From: Candidatus Tayloriibacteriota bacterium
GTDB taxonomy: Bacteria; Patescibacteriota; Minisyncoccia; Phycocordibacterales; SIBU01
Assembly (NCBI GenBank): GCA_009695005.1
Contig: SIBU01000003.1
Coordinates: forward strand, 866 to 64,865
DNA: 64,000 nucleotides
Direction of reading: 5' to 3'
Both the position numbers and the translations under genes were made by a program. Below the pieces are notes generated by a model. That model ran no database searches, was not told the origin of the DNA, and was given only the letters and a program-made list of their open reading frames with translations. Of this stretch, positions 25,772 through 34,864 are shown piece by piece (the stretch's first letter is position 1; each line of letters opens with the position of its first letter).

Positions 25772-27541
25772 TCAAACAATATCAACAATCCGCAACCTAA
25801 GCTCCGGATAACTTTTAAACATCGACTTTTCGAAAGTAGCCACAAGATCAAGCGGCTTGCCTGCAACAACTTCCCTACCCCAGTCTTTGGCAGTTTTAAA
25901 AAATGTCATAGCAGAAAGTTTTTTACCGTCTGTTTTTTCAAATACCAATTCGAGATGATTCTTCTCCTTGCCGAAATGTTTTACTTCACGTGGTACAACA
26001 TCACGAAAAATAAATAGGGGTTTAGGATTGCCGGTACCGAAAGGCGCCAACTTTTCCACTATCCTATAATTTTCCCAATTGGCCTCGTCCAAGAAAAGTT
26101 CCTGATCAACCAAATTTTTCTCAACAATACCAGAGTATGCCAATCGTGCCTTTTCATATGCTCGATTCAATTCCTCCTCCAGAGTGTGAATTTTTTCATT
26201 GGACACAGAAAATCCTCCAGAAAATGCATGGCCTCCGAACTGCAAAAATGTTCCGGGTGTAGCACGCCCCATGAGTTCAACCAAATTAGCGCTTTCACCA
26301 GACCTGCAAGAACCCTTGATCACATCATCCCCATCCCTTCCCCACAAAAAAACCGGACAGTTATATTCGTTGGCGAAAGTATTGGCTGCAAGCCCTAAAA
26401 GTGCAGGGCGCCATGATGGATTGCCAATCACCATCACTCGATTTTCTTGTTTACCGAGGCGTGTTTTCTCATCCAGACTGTCATAACGCTCACGAACAAT
26501 TTTCTTGATTTCTTTGGACAACGCTGCCACCGTCCCCTTTCGTTCATCATTTATTTTATTCAAATGATCAGCCAAAGTATCCGCCTCCACTTCGTCAGTT
26601 GTAGCAAGCAATCGAAATGCATCCATCGGAACTCCCATCCTAGATGCCGCATTAATTCGTGGACCTATGGTAAAACCGATATCATCTTCTGTAATGTGTC
26701 TTTGATTTACCTTAAGCTTCGAAAGAAGTTTCATCAAACCTACGCGTGGAGATTTTTGTAAAACCTTCAAACCGTAATACGCGAATACTCGGTTCTCTCC
26801 CGTGAGAGGAACCATATCGGAAAGAGTGGCGATACCGACCATATCCAGCAACCATTTCTCCCATCCAGAAGAAACAGGGTTTAGGGTAGAGAGTTTAGGG
26901 TCTAGTGAGGAAAAGCGTGAACAAAGAGCTTGGACGAGCTTAAATATAACGCCCGCTCCGCAAAGCATTTTTTCCGGATACGCACAGTCAGCCTGCTTGG
27001 GATTTAGCATAGCAAAGACTGGCGGCAATTCCCCTACGGGCAGATGGTGGTCGGTAACAATAACATCAAGCCCCAACTCTTTTGCTCTAGCAACAGAAAT
27101 AACATCCCCCGTACCACAATCAATTGTGATTAAAAGTTTTACACCATCCTTGGCAAATTGTTCTACCGCTTCAATATTCAAACCGAAACCCTCGTCATGC
27201 CGATGCGGAATGTAATTTATAAAATTACTAAATCCAATTTTTCTAAAAAAATCATGGAGAACAACTGCTCCGGGAATACCGTCAGTATCGTAATCACTGT
27301 AAATAACTATTTTTTCATTGTCCCTTACTGCTTGTAACACCCTATCTACTGTTTTCTCCATATCCTTCATCAAAAACGGATCGTGGGAATGATGCTCATA
27401 GTGCGGATTCAAAAATGCTTCGGCAAATTCGGCACTTACGATTCCCCGTCCATGCAAAAGTCGCCGTACCAGAGGTGAATACCCCAACAGATTTTTCTCA
27501 ATTTCCTGGGAGGGCGCTTCCCGAACCGAAAAGGTTTTCAT
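25772..27541 (-). CDS. recJ: Single-stranded-DNA-specific exonuclease RecJ
   Basis: 589 aa. DHH-family motifs: IYSDYDTDGIPG, ITIDCG, VTDHH and FGGHAFSGG. Confidence 0.93.
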   Translation of the reverse strand: MKTFSVREAPSQEIEKNLLGYSPLVRRLLHGRGIVSAEFAEAFLNPHYEHHSHDPFLMKDMEKTVDRVLQAVRDNEKIVIYSDYDTDGIPGAVVLHDFFRKIGFSNFINYIPHRHDEGFGLNIEAVEQFAKDGVKLLITIDCGTGDVISVARAKELGLDVIVTDHHLPVGELPPVFAMLNPKQADCAYPEKMLCGAGVIFKLVQALCSRFSSLDPKLSTLNPVSSGWEKWLLDMVGIATLSDMVPLTGENRVFAYYGLKVLQKSPRVGLMKLLSKLKVNQRHITEDDIGFTIGPRINAASRMGVPMDAFRLLATTDEVEADTLADHLNKINDERKGTVAALSKEIKKIVRERYDSLDEKTRLGKQENRVMVIGNPSWRPALLGLAANTFANEYNCPVFLWGRDGDDVIKGSCRSGESANLVELMGRATPGTFLQFGGHAFSGGFSVSNEKIHTLEEELNRAYEKARLAYSGIVEKNLVDQELFLDEANWENYRIVEKLAPFGTGNPKPLFIFRDVVPREVKHFGKEKNHLELVFEKTDGKKLSAMTFFKTAKDWGREVVAGKPLDLVATFEKSMFKSYPELRLRIVDIV

Positions 27542-27630
27542 AAAATGATTGTAGCATGTACGCTTGCATTTTCCTTTTTAAAAAGGTAAAAATAGCCTGG
27601 ACCCAACAAAAATTCAACGAAAGGCATGCT

Positions 27631-27969
27631 GTGGACTTTGGAACAATTATAGAAAAAATCGAAAGTAAAGTAGAGGGAGTCGAAAGTGTGGGTGGATGCT
27701 GTATCCGCAATGAGTTTGAAGAAAGTGTGATTGTCCTCCTTGAAAAGAAAGCAGCGATACCCCCAGTAGAGAACTTCATCCTCGTCATAACAGACCACCT
27801 TACACAATCTGGTTTTAGTGTGGAACGTGGAACAGTGGGGGTGGATATCTTTGTGCTCACGGCCTGCTCCGACAATGTAACCGTGGGGATATTAGGCGTC
27901 TTCAATTACCCCTTCGAGGGGACGGATAGGGGTGTCAAAATCTTCTACATCCTCAGGCCCTCGAAGTAG
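27631..27969 (+). CDS. Hypothetical protein (~112 aa), cassette 1
   Basis: Same frame as ORF-track ORF 27556..27969. GTG 27631 has an SD (gaaagg, 6-nt spacing). A possible promoter is TTGCAT-17-TAAAAA at 27564..27592, and a strong plus-strand terminator follows. Confidence 0.4.
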   Translation: MDFGTIIEKIESKVEGVESVGGCCIRNEFEESVIVLLEKKAAIPPVENFILVITDHLTQSGFSVERGTVGVDIFVLTACSDNVTVGILGVFNYPFEGTDRGVKIFYILRPSK

Positions 27970-27979
27970 CTCACACAGT

Positions 27980-28026
27980 CCACCGGCGCACCCGCACACA
28001 CTGCGCGCCGGTGGCTTTTTCTTTTC
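27980..28026 (+). terminator. Rho-independent terminator (plus strand), end of cassette 1
   Basis: 10-bp GC-rich stem ccaccggcgc / gcgccggtgg, followed by ctttttcttttcc. Confidence 0.75.
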
Positions 28027-28027
28027 C

Positions 28028-28113
28028 ATCATTATCTTGACTAAAAAGATGTGCGGGTGTAGAAAGGGTGTGGAAACAAACGAAAAAGAACAAACTACTA
28101 AAAAATGAATACC
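28028..28113 (+). repeat. Conserved promoter/5' leader repeat, copy 1 (ends at ATGAATACC)
   Basis: Aligns with 28707..28794 with about 7 substitutions and a 2-nt indel (hand alignment). Similarity stops 9 nt into the ORFs. Confidence 0.8.
28037..28065 (+). promoter_or_regulatory. Putative sigma70-type promoter inside repeat copy 1
   Basis: TTGACT, a 17-nt spacer, then TAGAAA. The same arrangement is conserved in copy 2. Confidence 0.45.
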
Positions 28114-28278
28114 GCAAGCAAAACCACGAAAAGGGCATCTCTGGACGAATTCATTCAGGATGAACTGCAAACGCGCACAAAAACAAGAAAAGCCCATGAA
28201 GCACTGATGCGCAAAGAAGCAAAAAAGGCAAACTCGATGTGCAACGCGCCAAGGACCCAGCGGCTCAAGAAAAAATAG
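28105..28278 (+). CDS. Small, very basic ORF (57 aa, below the ORF-track threshold), cassette 2
   Basis: MNTASKTTKRASLDEFIQDELQTRTKTRKAHEALMRKEAKKANSMCNAPRTQRLKKK. It starts at the conserved ATGAATACC and ends ...AAG AAA AAA TAG. Confidence 0.3.
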   Translation: MNTASKTTKRASLDEFIQDELQTRTKTRKAHEALMRKEAKKANSMCNAPRTQRLKKK

Positions 28279-28649
28279 CGTTACTTTTGGCAAAAGCACA
28301 AAAAACGCTCGACAAAGCCTGTAAATCTAGATTGCTTTCCCAAAGGCTTCAAGAGCCATGGCCAAAAACGCTGAACGTAACGAAGGATGGCTCTCCTGCT
28401 CTGATCTTGGCAGGTACCAGTACATTAGTGACTTTGGATGAAGCTCCACTAGTCATCTTTGTCGGTTTTTTGCGGGCGACCTCAGGTACGCCGAAGTTGT
28501 CACTATTTACTCTTTGCCCAAGTTGCTCTGAAATTCATGACTGCACAACATCGCTTCCGGTAATTCAGAAGGGTCTTGCAAAAGCGCTCGTTCAGCTCTC
28601 GAACGTCAGGGCGATGGCGAAAAGCATCATTTACGATCTGGCGGGCTAA
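28239..28649 (+). CDS. Hypothetical protein (136 aa), cassette 2
   Basis: ORF-track ORF with a GTG start, in the -1 frame relative to the 57-aa ORF and overlapping it by 40 nt. A terminator follows. Confidence 0.4.
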   Translation: MQRAKDPAAQEKIALLLAKAQKTLDKACKSRLLSQRLQEPWPKTLNVTKDGSPALILAGTSTLVTLDEAPLVIFVGFLRATSGTPKLSLFTLCPSCSEIHDCTTSLPVIQKGLAKALVQLSNVRAMAKSIIYDLAG

Positions 28650-28671
28650 CCTAGTTTCGGCACCAGCCACA

Positions 28672-28705
28672 AAGCCATCTTCATTCTGAAAGATGGCTTT
28701 TTTTC
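28672..28705 (+). terminator. Rho-independent terminator (plus strand), end of cassette 2
   Basis: 10-bp stem aagccatctt / aagatggctt with an 8-nt loop, followed by a T-run. Confidence 0.75.
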
Positions 28706-28706
28706 T

Positions 28707-28794
28707 ATCATTATCTTGACTAAAAAGAAGTGTGGGTGTAGAAAGGATGGAGAAACAACCGAAAAAGAACAAACTACGACAAAAAATGAATACC
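28707..28794 (+). repeat. Conserved promoter/5' leader repeat, copy 2
   Basis: See 28028..28113. Confidence 0.8.
28716..28744 (+). promoter_or_regulatory. Putative sigma70-type promoter inside repeat copy 2
   Basis: TTGACT, a 17-nt spacer, then TAGAAA. Confidence 0.45.
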
Positions 28795-29313
28795 AAAATG
28801 GATGAAGATTTACATCATGCCGTGGATAACATCTCAACACGAGTTGAACTATTGAAAAAATTGACCACCATGGGTAAAGGGTTAAATTTAAGAGAGGAGC
28901 GATGCCTTGCGGACGCAAGAATGTCTTGGTTGATGTTGGTTATGGGGAAAATTAAAGAACAGCTTCCTGTGGTACTCGCCGAGACTACCATACAGGAACT
29001 ACTGGAAAAGGTACCTCCATACCACACCACCGGAGAAAGAACCCTGTTGTTACATTCCTACAATATCGAATCTGCGAGAATCCCATCTTCGCTACTCGGC
29101 CTCGTTTTTAAGACAATGGATGGATCGGTACCATACATTTGGTTTTACAGACCGGTAGGAAATACTCCCGCCTTCACAAAAATGAAGGTGTCTCAGCTAA
29201 GAGAAATTACAAAGGCCCCATTTTGGGTATTTTGGGAATTACCTCTAATAGCTCTCACGACACAGGAAGGTCTCGCTCGCACCATTGTCAGAGCAGCTTC
29301 TAGCCCCGTCTAG
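28786..29313 (+). CDS. Hypothetical protein (~175 aa), cassette 3
   Basis: Same frame as ORF-track ORF 28732..29313. The start is placed at the conserved ATGAATACC. Alternative in-frame starts are 28732 (GTG) and 28747 (ATG). A terminator follows. Confidence 0.45.
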   Translation: MNTKMDEDLHHAVDNISTRVELLKKLTTMGKGLNLREERCLADARMSWLMLVMGKIKEQLPVVLAETTIQELLEKVPPYHTTGERTLLLHSYNIESARIPSSLLGLVFKTMDGSVPYIWFYRPVGNTPAFTKMKVSQLREITKAPFWVFWELPLIALTTQEGLARTIVRAASSPV

Positions 29314-29346
29314 GGAACCACTAGTCAACTCTTCCTTCGTTCGTGT

Positions 29347-29376
29347 AAGCCGCATCAGACGCGGCTTTTTCTTTTC
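29347..29376 (+). terminator. Rho-independent terminator (plus strand), end of cassette 3
   Basis: 7-bp stem aagccgc / gcggctt, followed by tttttcttttc. The tail is the same as in the cassette-1 terminator. Confidence 0.6.
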
Positions 29377-29418
29377 ATGCCTTTTCTATATACTACTTAT
29401 TAAGTACTATCTACCAGT

Positions 29419-29829
29419 ATGTCCACCTGCATTTTTTGCAAAATCATCGAAGGAGAAATTCCCTGCTCCAAGGTCTACGAGGACGTGGATGTTTTCGCCT
29501 TTCTCGACATCAAACCGGTAAATCCTGGTCACGTTCTAGTAATTCCTAAAAAACATTACGAAAGTATCCACGACACCCCAAACGATATTTTCGCCAAAAT
29601 GAGTGTTGTGGCAAAAAAAATTGCCACATCTGTCCAAGACAATCTTGGAGCAAAAGGAGTAAATATTGGCATGAACAACGGTAAAACTGCCGGCCAAGTC
29701 GTCTTTCACGCACACATCCACGTCATGCCCCGCTATGGCAAGGACTCATTCCAATTGTGGATTGGCGAAGAATCCAAAACAGATGAGCGTACAAAAATTG
29801 CCAAAGCTCTTCAAAAAGCACTCAAATAA
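29419..29829 (+). CDS. HIT-family (histidine triad) nucleotide hydrolase
   Basis: CIFCKII, NPGHVLVIPKKH and HAHIHVMPR (HxHxHxx). Confidence 0.9.
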   Translation: MSTCIFCKIIEGEIPCSKVYEDVDVFAFLDIKPVNPGHVLVIPKKHYESIHDTPNDIFAKMSVVAKKIATSVQDNLGAKGVNIGMNNGKTAGQVVFHAHIHVMPRYGKDSFQLWIGEESKTDERTKIAKALQKALK

Positions 29830-29936
29830 AAAATAATGAAACTCAATTTAATATCTATCTTGTACAATCTTGAATAATTGACGCGCAGAAAACTCTTCAC
29901 CGACTTAGTCAAAAAGAAAACAACGTTTTGCCTATT

Positions 29937-31070
29937 TTATTTATAATCCCCACGGAGAGCCTCGATTCCAGGCAAAGTTTCATCCGCCAAAAAATCGAGC
30001 ATCGCGCCACCACCAGTAGAAACAAAAGAAAATTTATCCAGAAGTCCCAAACTGGAAATTACAGCGATAGTATCACCTCCCCCAACCACAGTTTCAACAC
30101 CACTCGAAGCCAAAATTTTAGTTAAATTTTCTGTTCCTTTTTCATAACCACTCTCATATCTACCAAGCGTACCGTTCCAAAGAACAAACTTGGCTGTAGA
30201 AATTTTTTCTCTTAACGTTTCGATAGTTACCGGCCCCGAATCAAAACTGGCATCCTTGGGCAAAATTTCCGACACTCCCTTAACAATACGTTTACCCCCA
30301 CTTTCTACCTCCACATCAACAGGAAGCACAAGTTTTGAGCTCCCGAGTATCCCTTTGAAACCGAAGTTTGCGTCTGAGTGTTTCGATAATCCAATTTCAT
30401 AACCTTTTGCTTTAAATAAATCGTTTGAAAGCGCGCCCCCTATAAAAACAGTATCCGCAACTTTCATAAACTTTTTCACCAGAGGAAATTTGGTTTCAAA
30501 TTTTGCACCTGCCAAAATAAAAAGAAACGGCCTTGGCGGATTAAAAACCCTTGAAAGACCTGAAACCTCATCCTCAAACAGTAGTCCCGCAAAACTCGGC
30601 AAGAACTTTGGTATTCCAACAATCGACGAATGAGATCTGTGTGAAACTGAAAAAGCGTCATTTACAAAAAGATCACCGAGAGTGGCTAGTTTTTTGGCAA
30701 AATCTAGGTCATTGGCTATCTCGCCTGGGTTTAATCTTAAATTTTCTAGCAAAATAAACTCTCCTGATTTAAGATTCGGAATTTTTAACTTGGCCTCATC
30801 AAACGTACGGACAAACTCGAGCTTAATGATTTTTTTAAGATACTCGGCAACAATTTCCAAAGATTTCGTCTCTTCACTCTCAATGTGACTAATGATTGTG
30901 GTTACCGCCCCTTTCGATTTAAGAAATTCTAGCGTAGGCAAAATTCTCTTAATGCGAAAATCATCCCTAACTTCGCCCCCAACAATCGGCAAGTTCAAAT
31001 CTATTCGAAGCAATACTCTTTTGCCTTTCAAGCTAGAAATATTTCGTAAAAGGTGAATATTATGCAACAT
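29937..31070 (-). CDS. pgk: Phosphoglycerate kinase
   Basis: 377 aa. KRVLLRIDLNLP, LLENLRLNPGE, VNDAFSVSHR and the C-terminal GGGDT..STGGGAMLDFL. Confidence 0.95.
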   Translation of the reverse strand: MLHNIHLLRNISSLKGKRVLLRIDLNLPIVGGEVRDDFRIKRILPTLEFLKSKGAVTTIISHIESEETKSLEIVAEYLKKIIKLEFVRTFDEAKLKIPNLKSGEFILLENLRLNPGEIANDLDFAKKLATLGDLFVNDAFSVSHRSHSSIVGIPKFLPSFAGLLFEDEVSGLSRVFNPPRPFLFILAGAKFETKFPLVKKFMKVADTVFIGGALSNDLFKAKGYEIGLSKHSDANFGFKGILGSSKLVLPVDVEVESGGKRIVKGVSEILPKDASFDSGPVTIETLREKISTAKFVLWNGTLGRYESGYEKGTENLTKILASSGVETVVGGGDTIAVISSLGLLDKFSFVSTGGGAMLDFLADETLPGIEALRGDYK

Positions 31071-31827
31071 CGGCTGCTTTCACTATCTTTATAAAGTCTT
31101 CGGGGACAAGACTCTTGTGACCAACAAGAAGACCATCAACCTGACCTTCTGACATTATAGAAAATGCATTTTCTACTTCAGCTGAACCTCCATAAATAAC
31201 AGGTACTTTGAATGCAATTTCTTTACTATACATATCACTTAACAATTTTTTTATGTACAAGGACATCTCATGAATATCTGAAGGCTTCATTGCATCATTA
31301 TAACTTTTACCTATTGTCCAAATCGGCTCGTAAGCAATTATAATTTTTTGTAAATCTGCAGGCCTTAGACCTGAAAGAGAATTCTTTATCTGATTTTTTA
31401 AAAACTCAAAATATGCTCCATTAACATCACGTTCCGACTCGCCTATGCAAATTATTGCCTTAAGTCCCGCTCGAATAACAGCTGAAACTTTCTTTGAAAC
31501 AGCTTCATCTGTTTCTCCCAACCTCCTTCTCTCTGAATGACCGACGATTACAAACTTCGCGCCAAATTCGGAAAGCATCTTAGTACTTACTTCACCCGTG
31601 TAGGCTCCAGCCATTTCCCAAAAAACATTTTGCGCTCCAAGAGAAAAAATTTTACTTTTAGACTTTTTAAAAATCGGCAAATACACCGAAGGAGGACAAA
31701 TCACGACTTCAGTTTTTTTAATCCCTCTAACACCTCGGCTTATGGCGGCAAATATCTCCTTCGCCCTTTCAGATGTTTCCGGATACATTTTCCAATTTCC
31801 AACAATTATTTTTCTTTGCTTTTTCAT
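31060..31827 (-). CDS. tpiA: Triosephosphate isomerase
   Basis: IVGNWKMY, VGHSERR, AYEPIWTIG and YGGS. The ATG at 31827 is preferred over the TTG at 31842. Confidence 0.93.
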   Translation of the reverse strand: MKKQRKIIVGNWKMYPETSERAKEIFAAISRGVRGIKKTEVVICPPSVYLPIFKKSKSKIFSLGAQNVFWEMAGAYTGEVSTKMLSEFGAKFVIVGHSERRRLGETDEAVSKKVSAVIRAGLKAIICIGESERDVNGAYFEFLKNQIKNSLSGLRPADLQKIIIAYEPIWTIGKSYNDAMKPSDIHEMSLYIKKLLSDMYSKEIAFKVPVIYGGSAEVENAFSIMSEGQVDGLLVGHKSLVPEDFIKIVKAADVA

Positions 31828-31919
31828 CCTGTTTGAAGTCAATTAATAATAGTGGCTTCGTGTTTAGTAATTGCGACTTGATTTTCATCCACATTCAAAC
31901 TAAATACGTTCACAAAAGT

Positions 31920-31928
31920 ATTATATCA
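31920..31928 (-). promoter_or_regulatory. Extended -10 element (TGATATAAT) upstream of tpiA-pgk
   Basis: The minus strand reads gcggTGATATAATac, about 95 nt upstream of the tpiA ATG. The -35 is weak. Confidence 0.4.
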
Positions 31929-31965
31929 CCGCACTTTCCTCTTCTCTACTTTAAGTTTAAAACCA

Positions 31966-33339
31966 TTACTGAACTTCTCGCCACTTATCGAACGTATACC
32001 CACCGGAGGGTCCAGAAGTAAACAATATGTTTGCCAAACCTGTCTCGTAAATAAGTTTAGCCGAATTTTGAAGACGGATGCGATAAGCGGTTACCTCTTT
32101 TATAGCAACGCTATTTTGCATTAAAATTTCACCGTGACCGGCATAAACTAAAAGTGCCCCACTTACACTATTGGCTACAGTAATCGCTTTAACATTCCCT
32201 CCATTTTCAGCACTAGAATTTTGTGAAATCAAGAGCACAAATGAGCCCGCAGTACCTGAACCTGCGAAAGTTGCCGAATTACTAGAACTAATAACACTTT
32301 TGGTGCTTCTATTCGAAGGGTTATCAGCAATGATTGCCACGCTCTTTCCTCCTACAGAGGAACCAACCTTAATGGTCGGTCCGTTCTTAATGGTTACATT
32401 GCCGACAACCCACACTGTGCCGTTAAGCGTCAAGGTAAAATCATTGCCGCTAATCTCAAGATCGCAATTTATTTTTTTTGGTCCAAGAACCGTATCTGAG
32501 TCAATCTTGTATGGGCACGGGGAACTAATAACTCCGCCAGCTGTGGCGTCCGCTTCCATACTTGTAATCATTGAATCGGAAATTGGGAGGGTTGTAGTTG
32601 CTTGATCGGCTGAATTAGGATGAGAAGCTCCAGACACGGTACTACCACTTATCGTATTATAATAGGCATCCTTATCAATTGTTGAATTATTGATAGTGTG
32701 CGCGTAAACTGAACTGGTAGCGTGAACACCCTGAACCAAACCACCTGATCCGGCCGAAATTACATCCCCTTTAATAAGATTGCTCCCCGAACCAACAACC
32801 GTGCCACCAGAAAAAAGATTTCCATCAATCGACGATGTGTTTTCCAAAATAACTCCCCCTGTGCCAGACTGGACCCCGTAGTTAAATGAAGCTCCGGTTC
32901 CTGAAGTTAAATGGGTCTTAATATTTCTGGTTAAGTTATAACCCGTACCGGAAGAATTGATATCAAAACCTCCGGCAGAACTTGAACTGGTCGCGGTCGC
33001 TGAAAAACCATTTAAAGTTAGGGTTGAAGGAGAAGTGAATTTTTTGTTATTCTTCAAGCGGTATAAGGCATCCTCATTTACCGACTGAGAAACAAAAATC
33101 GCTCCGCGTGTGTTCGCAAAATCCTCAGTCCCTGTTACGTGTTGAAGCACAGGATTTACAACCCCAACACTTATAGTCGTAGAGATTATCAAAAAAAGAA
33201 TCACCGAGGTTACAAGAGCCTGGCCACTCTGTAATGAATGTTTGGATATGGGAAATCCGAATCTAAAACATTTCAATTTTGAAACATTGTGATTTTCAAC
33301 TTGTTCACTACCCTTATTTTTTTGTATAAAATTCATCAT
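31966..33339 (-). CDS. PilX-like pilus-associated protein with a large Gly/Ser/Thr-rich beta-helix-like domain (457 aa)
   Basis: The N-terminus SGQALVTSVILFLIISTTISVGVV has a PilX-type hydrophobic segment. It is the last gene of the pilin cluster. Repetitive G-x-x-V/I-x-G segments follow. Confidence 0.6.
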   Translation of the reverse strand: MMNFIQKNKGSEQVENHNVSKLKCFRFGFPISKHSLQSGQALVTSVILFLIISTTISVGVVNPVLQHVTGTEDFANTRGAIFVSQSVNEDALYRLKNNKKFTSPSTLTLNGFSATATSSSSAGGFDINSSGTGYNLTRNIKTHLTSGTGASFNYGVQSGTGGVILENTSSIDGNLFSGGTVVGSGSNLIKGDVISAGSGGLVQGVHATSSVYAHTINNSTIDKDAYYNTISGSTVSGASHPNSADQATTTLPISDSMITSMEADATAGGVISSPCPYKIDSDTVLGPKKINCDLEISGNDFTLTLNGTVWVVGNVTIKNGPTIKVGSSVGGKSVAIIADNPSNRSTKSVISSSNSATFAGSGTAGSFVLLISQNSSAENGGNVKAITVANSVSGALLVYAGHGEILMQNSVAIKEVTAYRIRLQNSAKLIYETGLANILFTSGPSGGYTFDKWREVQ

Positions 33340-33351
33340 TTGTTTATCTCA

Positions 33352-33900
33352 TCAGTAAGAGTCTCTCAAAATAGCCGTCGCGTAAAATTTAGCCGTTCTG
33401 GCCGCAGCACCTGAACCCGCAGAGAGGGTTAAATCAATTTTTATTGCCTGAGAAATTCCCGTGCTCATCTGTTGAAATATTAAACTGCCGACGGTAACAT
33501 CGGACAAGGTTAACGGACCAAGGTCCGCTCCGTCCATTTTTATTCTCAATGTGCCGTTTGACACAAGAAATTGAAATGTTTGCGGAGTACCAGTGGCGGT
33601 TGTGGTGTTAATGGTCAAAACTCCTGGACTGGTGCCTAGGGTACTGCCCAAAACATTAACACTTTGAGCATTTCTAATATCCCTTACCATTCTATCCAAA
33701 GCAGTAATAGCGGAACTTTGAATATGTCTGGAAACCTTAAGATGATCATAGGCTCGACTCATCCCTAAAAGCATACTGACCATAGCAACCATAACAAACG
33801 CCAACAAACCTACATAGATGACCATTTCAGCAAGAGAAAAACCACGCCAAGAAGCCACATCATTACATTTAACTTTTAGTTTTTTAAAAAAATTAAACAT
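33352..33900 (-). CDS. Prepilin-type N-terminal cleavage/methylation domain protein (minor pilin)
   Basis: WRG|FSLAEMVIYVGLLAFVMVAMVSML. Confidence 0.75.
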   Translation of the reverse strand: MFNFFKKLKVKCNDVASWRGFSLAEMVIYVGLLAFVMVAMVSMLLGMSRAYDHLKVSRHIQSSAITALDRMVRDIRNAQSVNVLGSTLGTSPGVLTINTTTATGTPQTFQFLVSNGTLRIKMDGADLGPLTLSDVTVGSLIFQQMSTGISQAIKIDLTLSAGSGAAARTAKFYATAILRDSY

Positions 33901-34385
33901 TAATTATTGAATAAATTTGTAAGATATGTAGTCAAAGTTTTAGTTGTGGTAGTCGCTCCGCTTTGCCAAGAAACATAAGAAATAACCTTTCTGGTGCCGG
34001 AATCAAGAGTTCCGCTAGACGCAATATTATCATTCACATCTCGATAAACACTTGAGAGTACAACATAGCGTGTATAAAAATTGTCGATTTTTGATGCAGT
34101 AGTTGTGGTTGTCCATTTTCCGCCAACCCACGAAAGATAATATTTTGTACCTATTGTCAGGCCAGCTATATTAGTGCCCCAACCATAATCACGCACAACA
34201 CTAACAGCTTCAATTCCCTCCTCCAAAAGATAAGAGGATTGAATAGAATTTAAAGTTGAAATTCCAACACGGATAAAAATATTATATGTGGTCATAACAC
34301 CTGTAACCGCCAACAACAAAATTGCCACACCCACCACAACCTCCACCAAACTTATTCCTCGTTGTAATCTAAAATTCGAATTCAT
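33900..34385 (-). CDS. Prepilin-type N-terminal cleavage/methylation domain protein (minor pilin)
   Basis: LQRG|ISLVEVVVGVAILLLAVTGV. Confidence 0.75.
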   Translation of the reverse strand: MNSNFRLQRGISLVEVVVGVAILLLAVTGVMTTYNIFIRVGISTLNSIQSSYLLEEGIEAVSVVRDYGWGTNIAGLTIGTKYYLSWVGGKWTTTTTASKIDNFYTRYVVLSSVYRDVNDNIASSGTLDSGTRKVISYVSWQSGATTTTKTLTTYLTNLFNN

Positions 34386-34388
34386 AAA

Positions 34389-34856
34389 TTAGTTAGATTG
34401 CGACAAACCTGTTTTAAAAATTGTTATGGTTCTTGTGAGTGCCAAATTTGAAACGAGCGAAATTACCACAGTCCCATTCTTTTGGGTCTCACCAGTCAAG
34501 CGTTCAAAGACTACTTCGCTAGCCCCTCCACTTAAATTTATTGCCGAAATTTTAATTGAAGGATTTAAATTCTCAACAACATTGGTGGTACTTGCAGAGG
34601 AATACGCTGAGTCCCTAAACATAACAACTTTTTGAGTTTCAAAATGAACACCATAAACCGAAGCGTTCTTTGCAGAAAGAGTTTGATTTCTTGCTCTTTC
34701 AAGAGAAGACAGCACAACAGCGGTACCCTTATCCAAGGCTTCCAAACCAGGTGCTTTTGAAAAAGCCCCAACACTAACAACCATAATAATTCCAGCTACC
34801 GCCAGAACAACCAAAAGTTCCACTACTGTAAAACCGGATTTGAATTTAAAATTCAT
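34389..34856 (-). CDS. Type IV pilin-like protein (GspH/FimT-like)
   Basis: KSG|FTVVELLVVLAVAGIIMVV is a canonical class III signal. Confidence 0.8.
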   Translation of the reverse strand: MNFKFKSGFTVVELLVVLAVAGIIMVVSVGAFSKAPGLEALDKGTAVVLSSLERARNQTLSAKNASVYGVHFETQKVVMFRDSAYSSASTTNVVENLNPSIKISAINLSGGASEVVFERLTGETQKNGTVVISLVSNLALTRTITIFKTGLSQSN

Positions 34857-34864
34857 AATTTATA

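Noticed and set aside
27498-28918. Minus-strand reading of the cassette region (ORFs 27538..27807, 27892..28299, 28503..28796, 28646..28918). The 27538..27807 ORF ends in an ATGA overlap with the recJ start and is in frame with 27892..28299 across one TAA.
   Set aside because: All three hairpins in the region have their T-runs on the plus strand, the conserved TTGACT-17-TAGAAA element is plus-oriented, and plus-strand ORFs tile the terminators. The minus-strand similarity (FLHPH.FLVKIM.EKK) is just the leader repeat translated backwards. I kept it as an explicit alternative because the ATGA coupling to recJ is suggestive.
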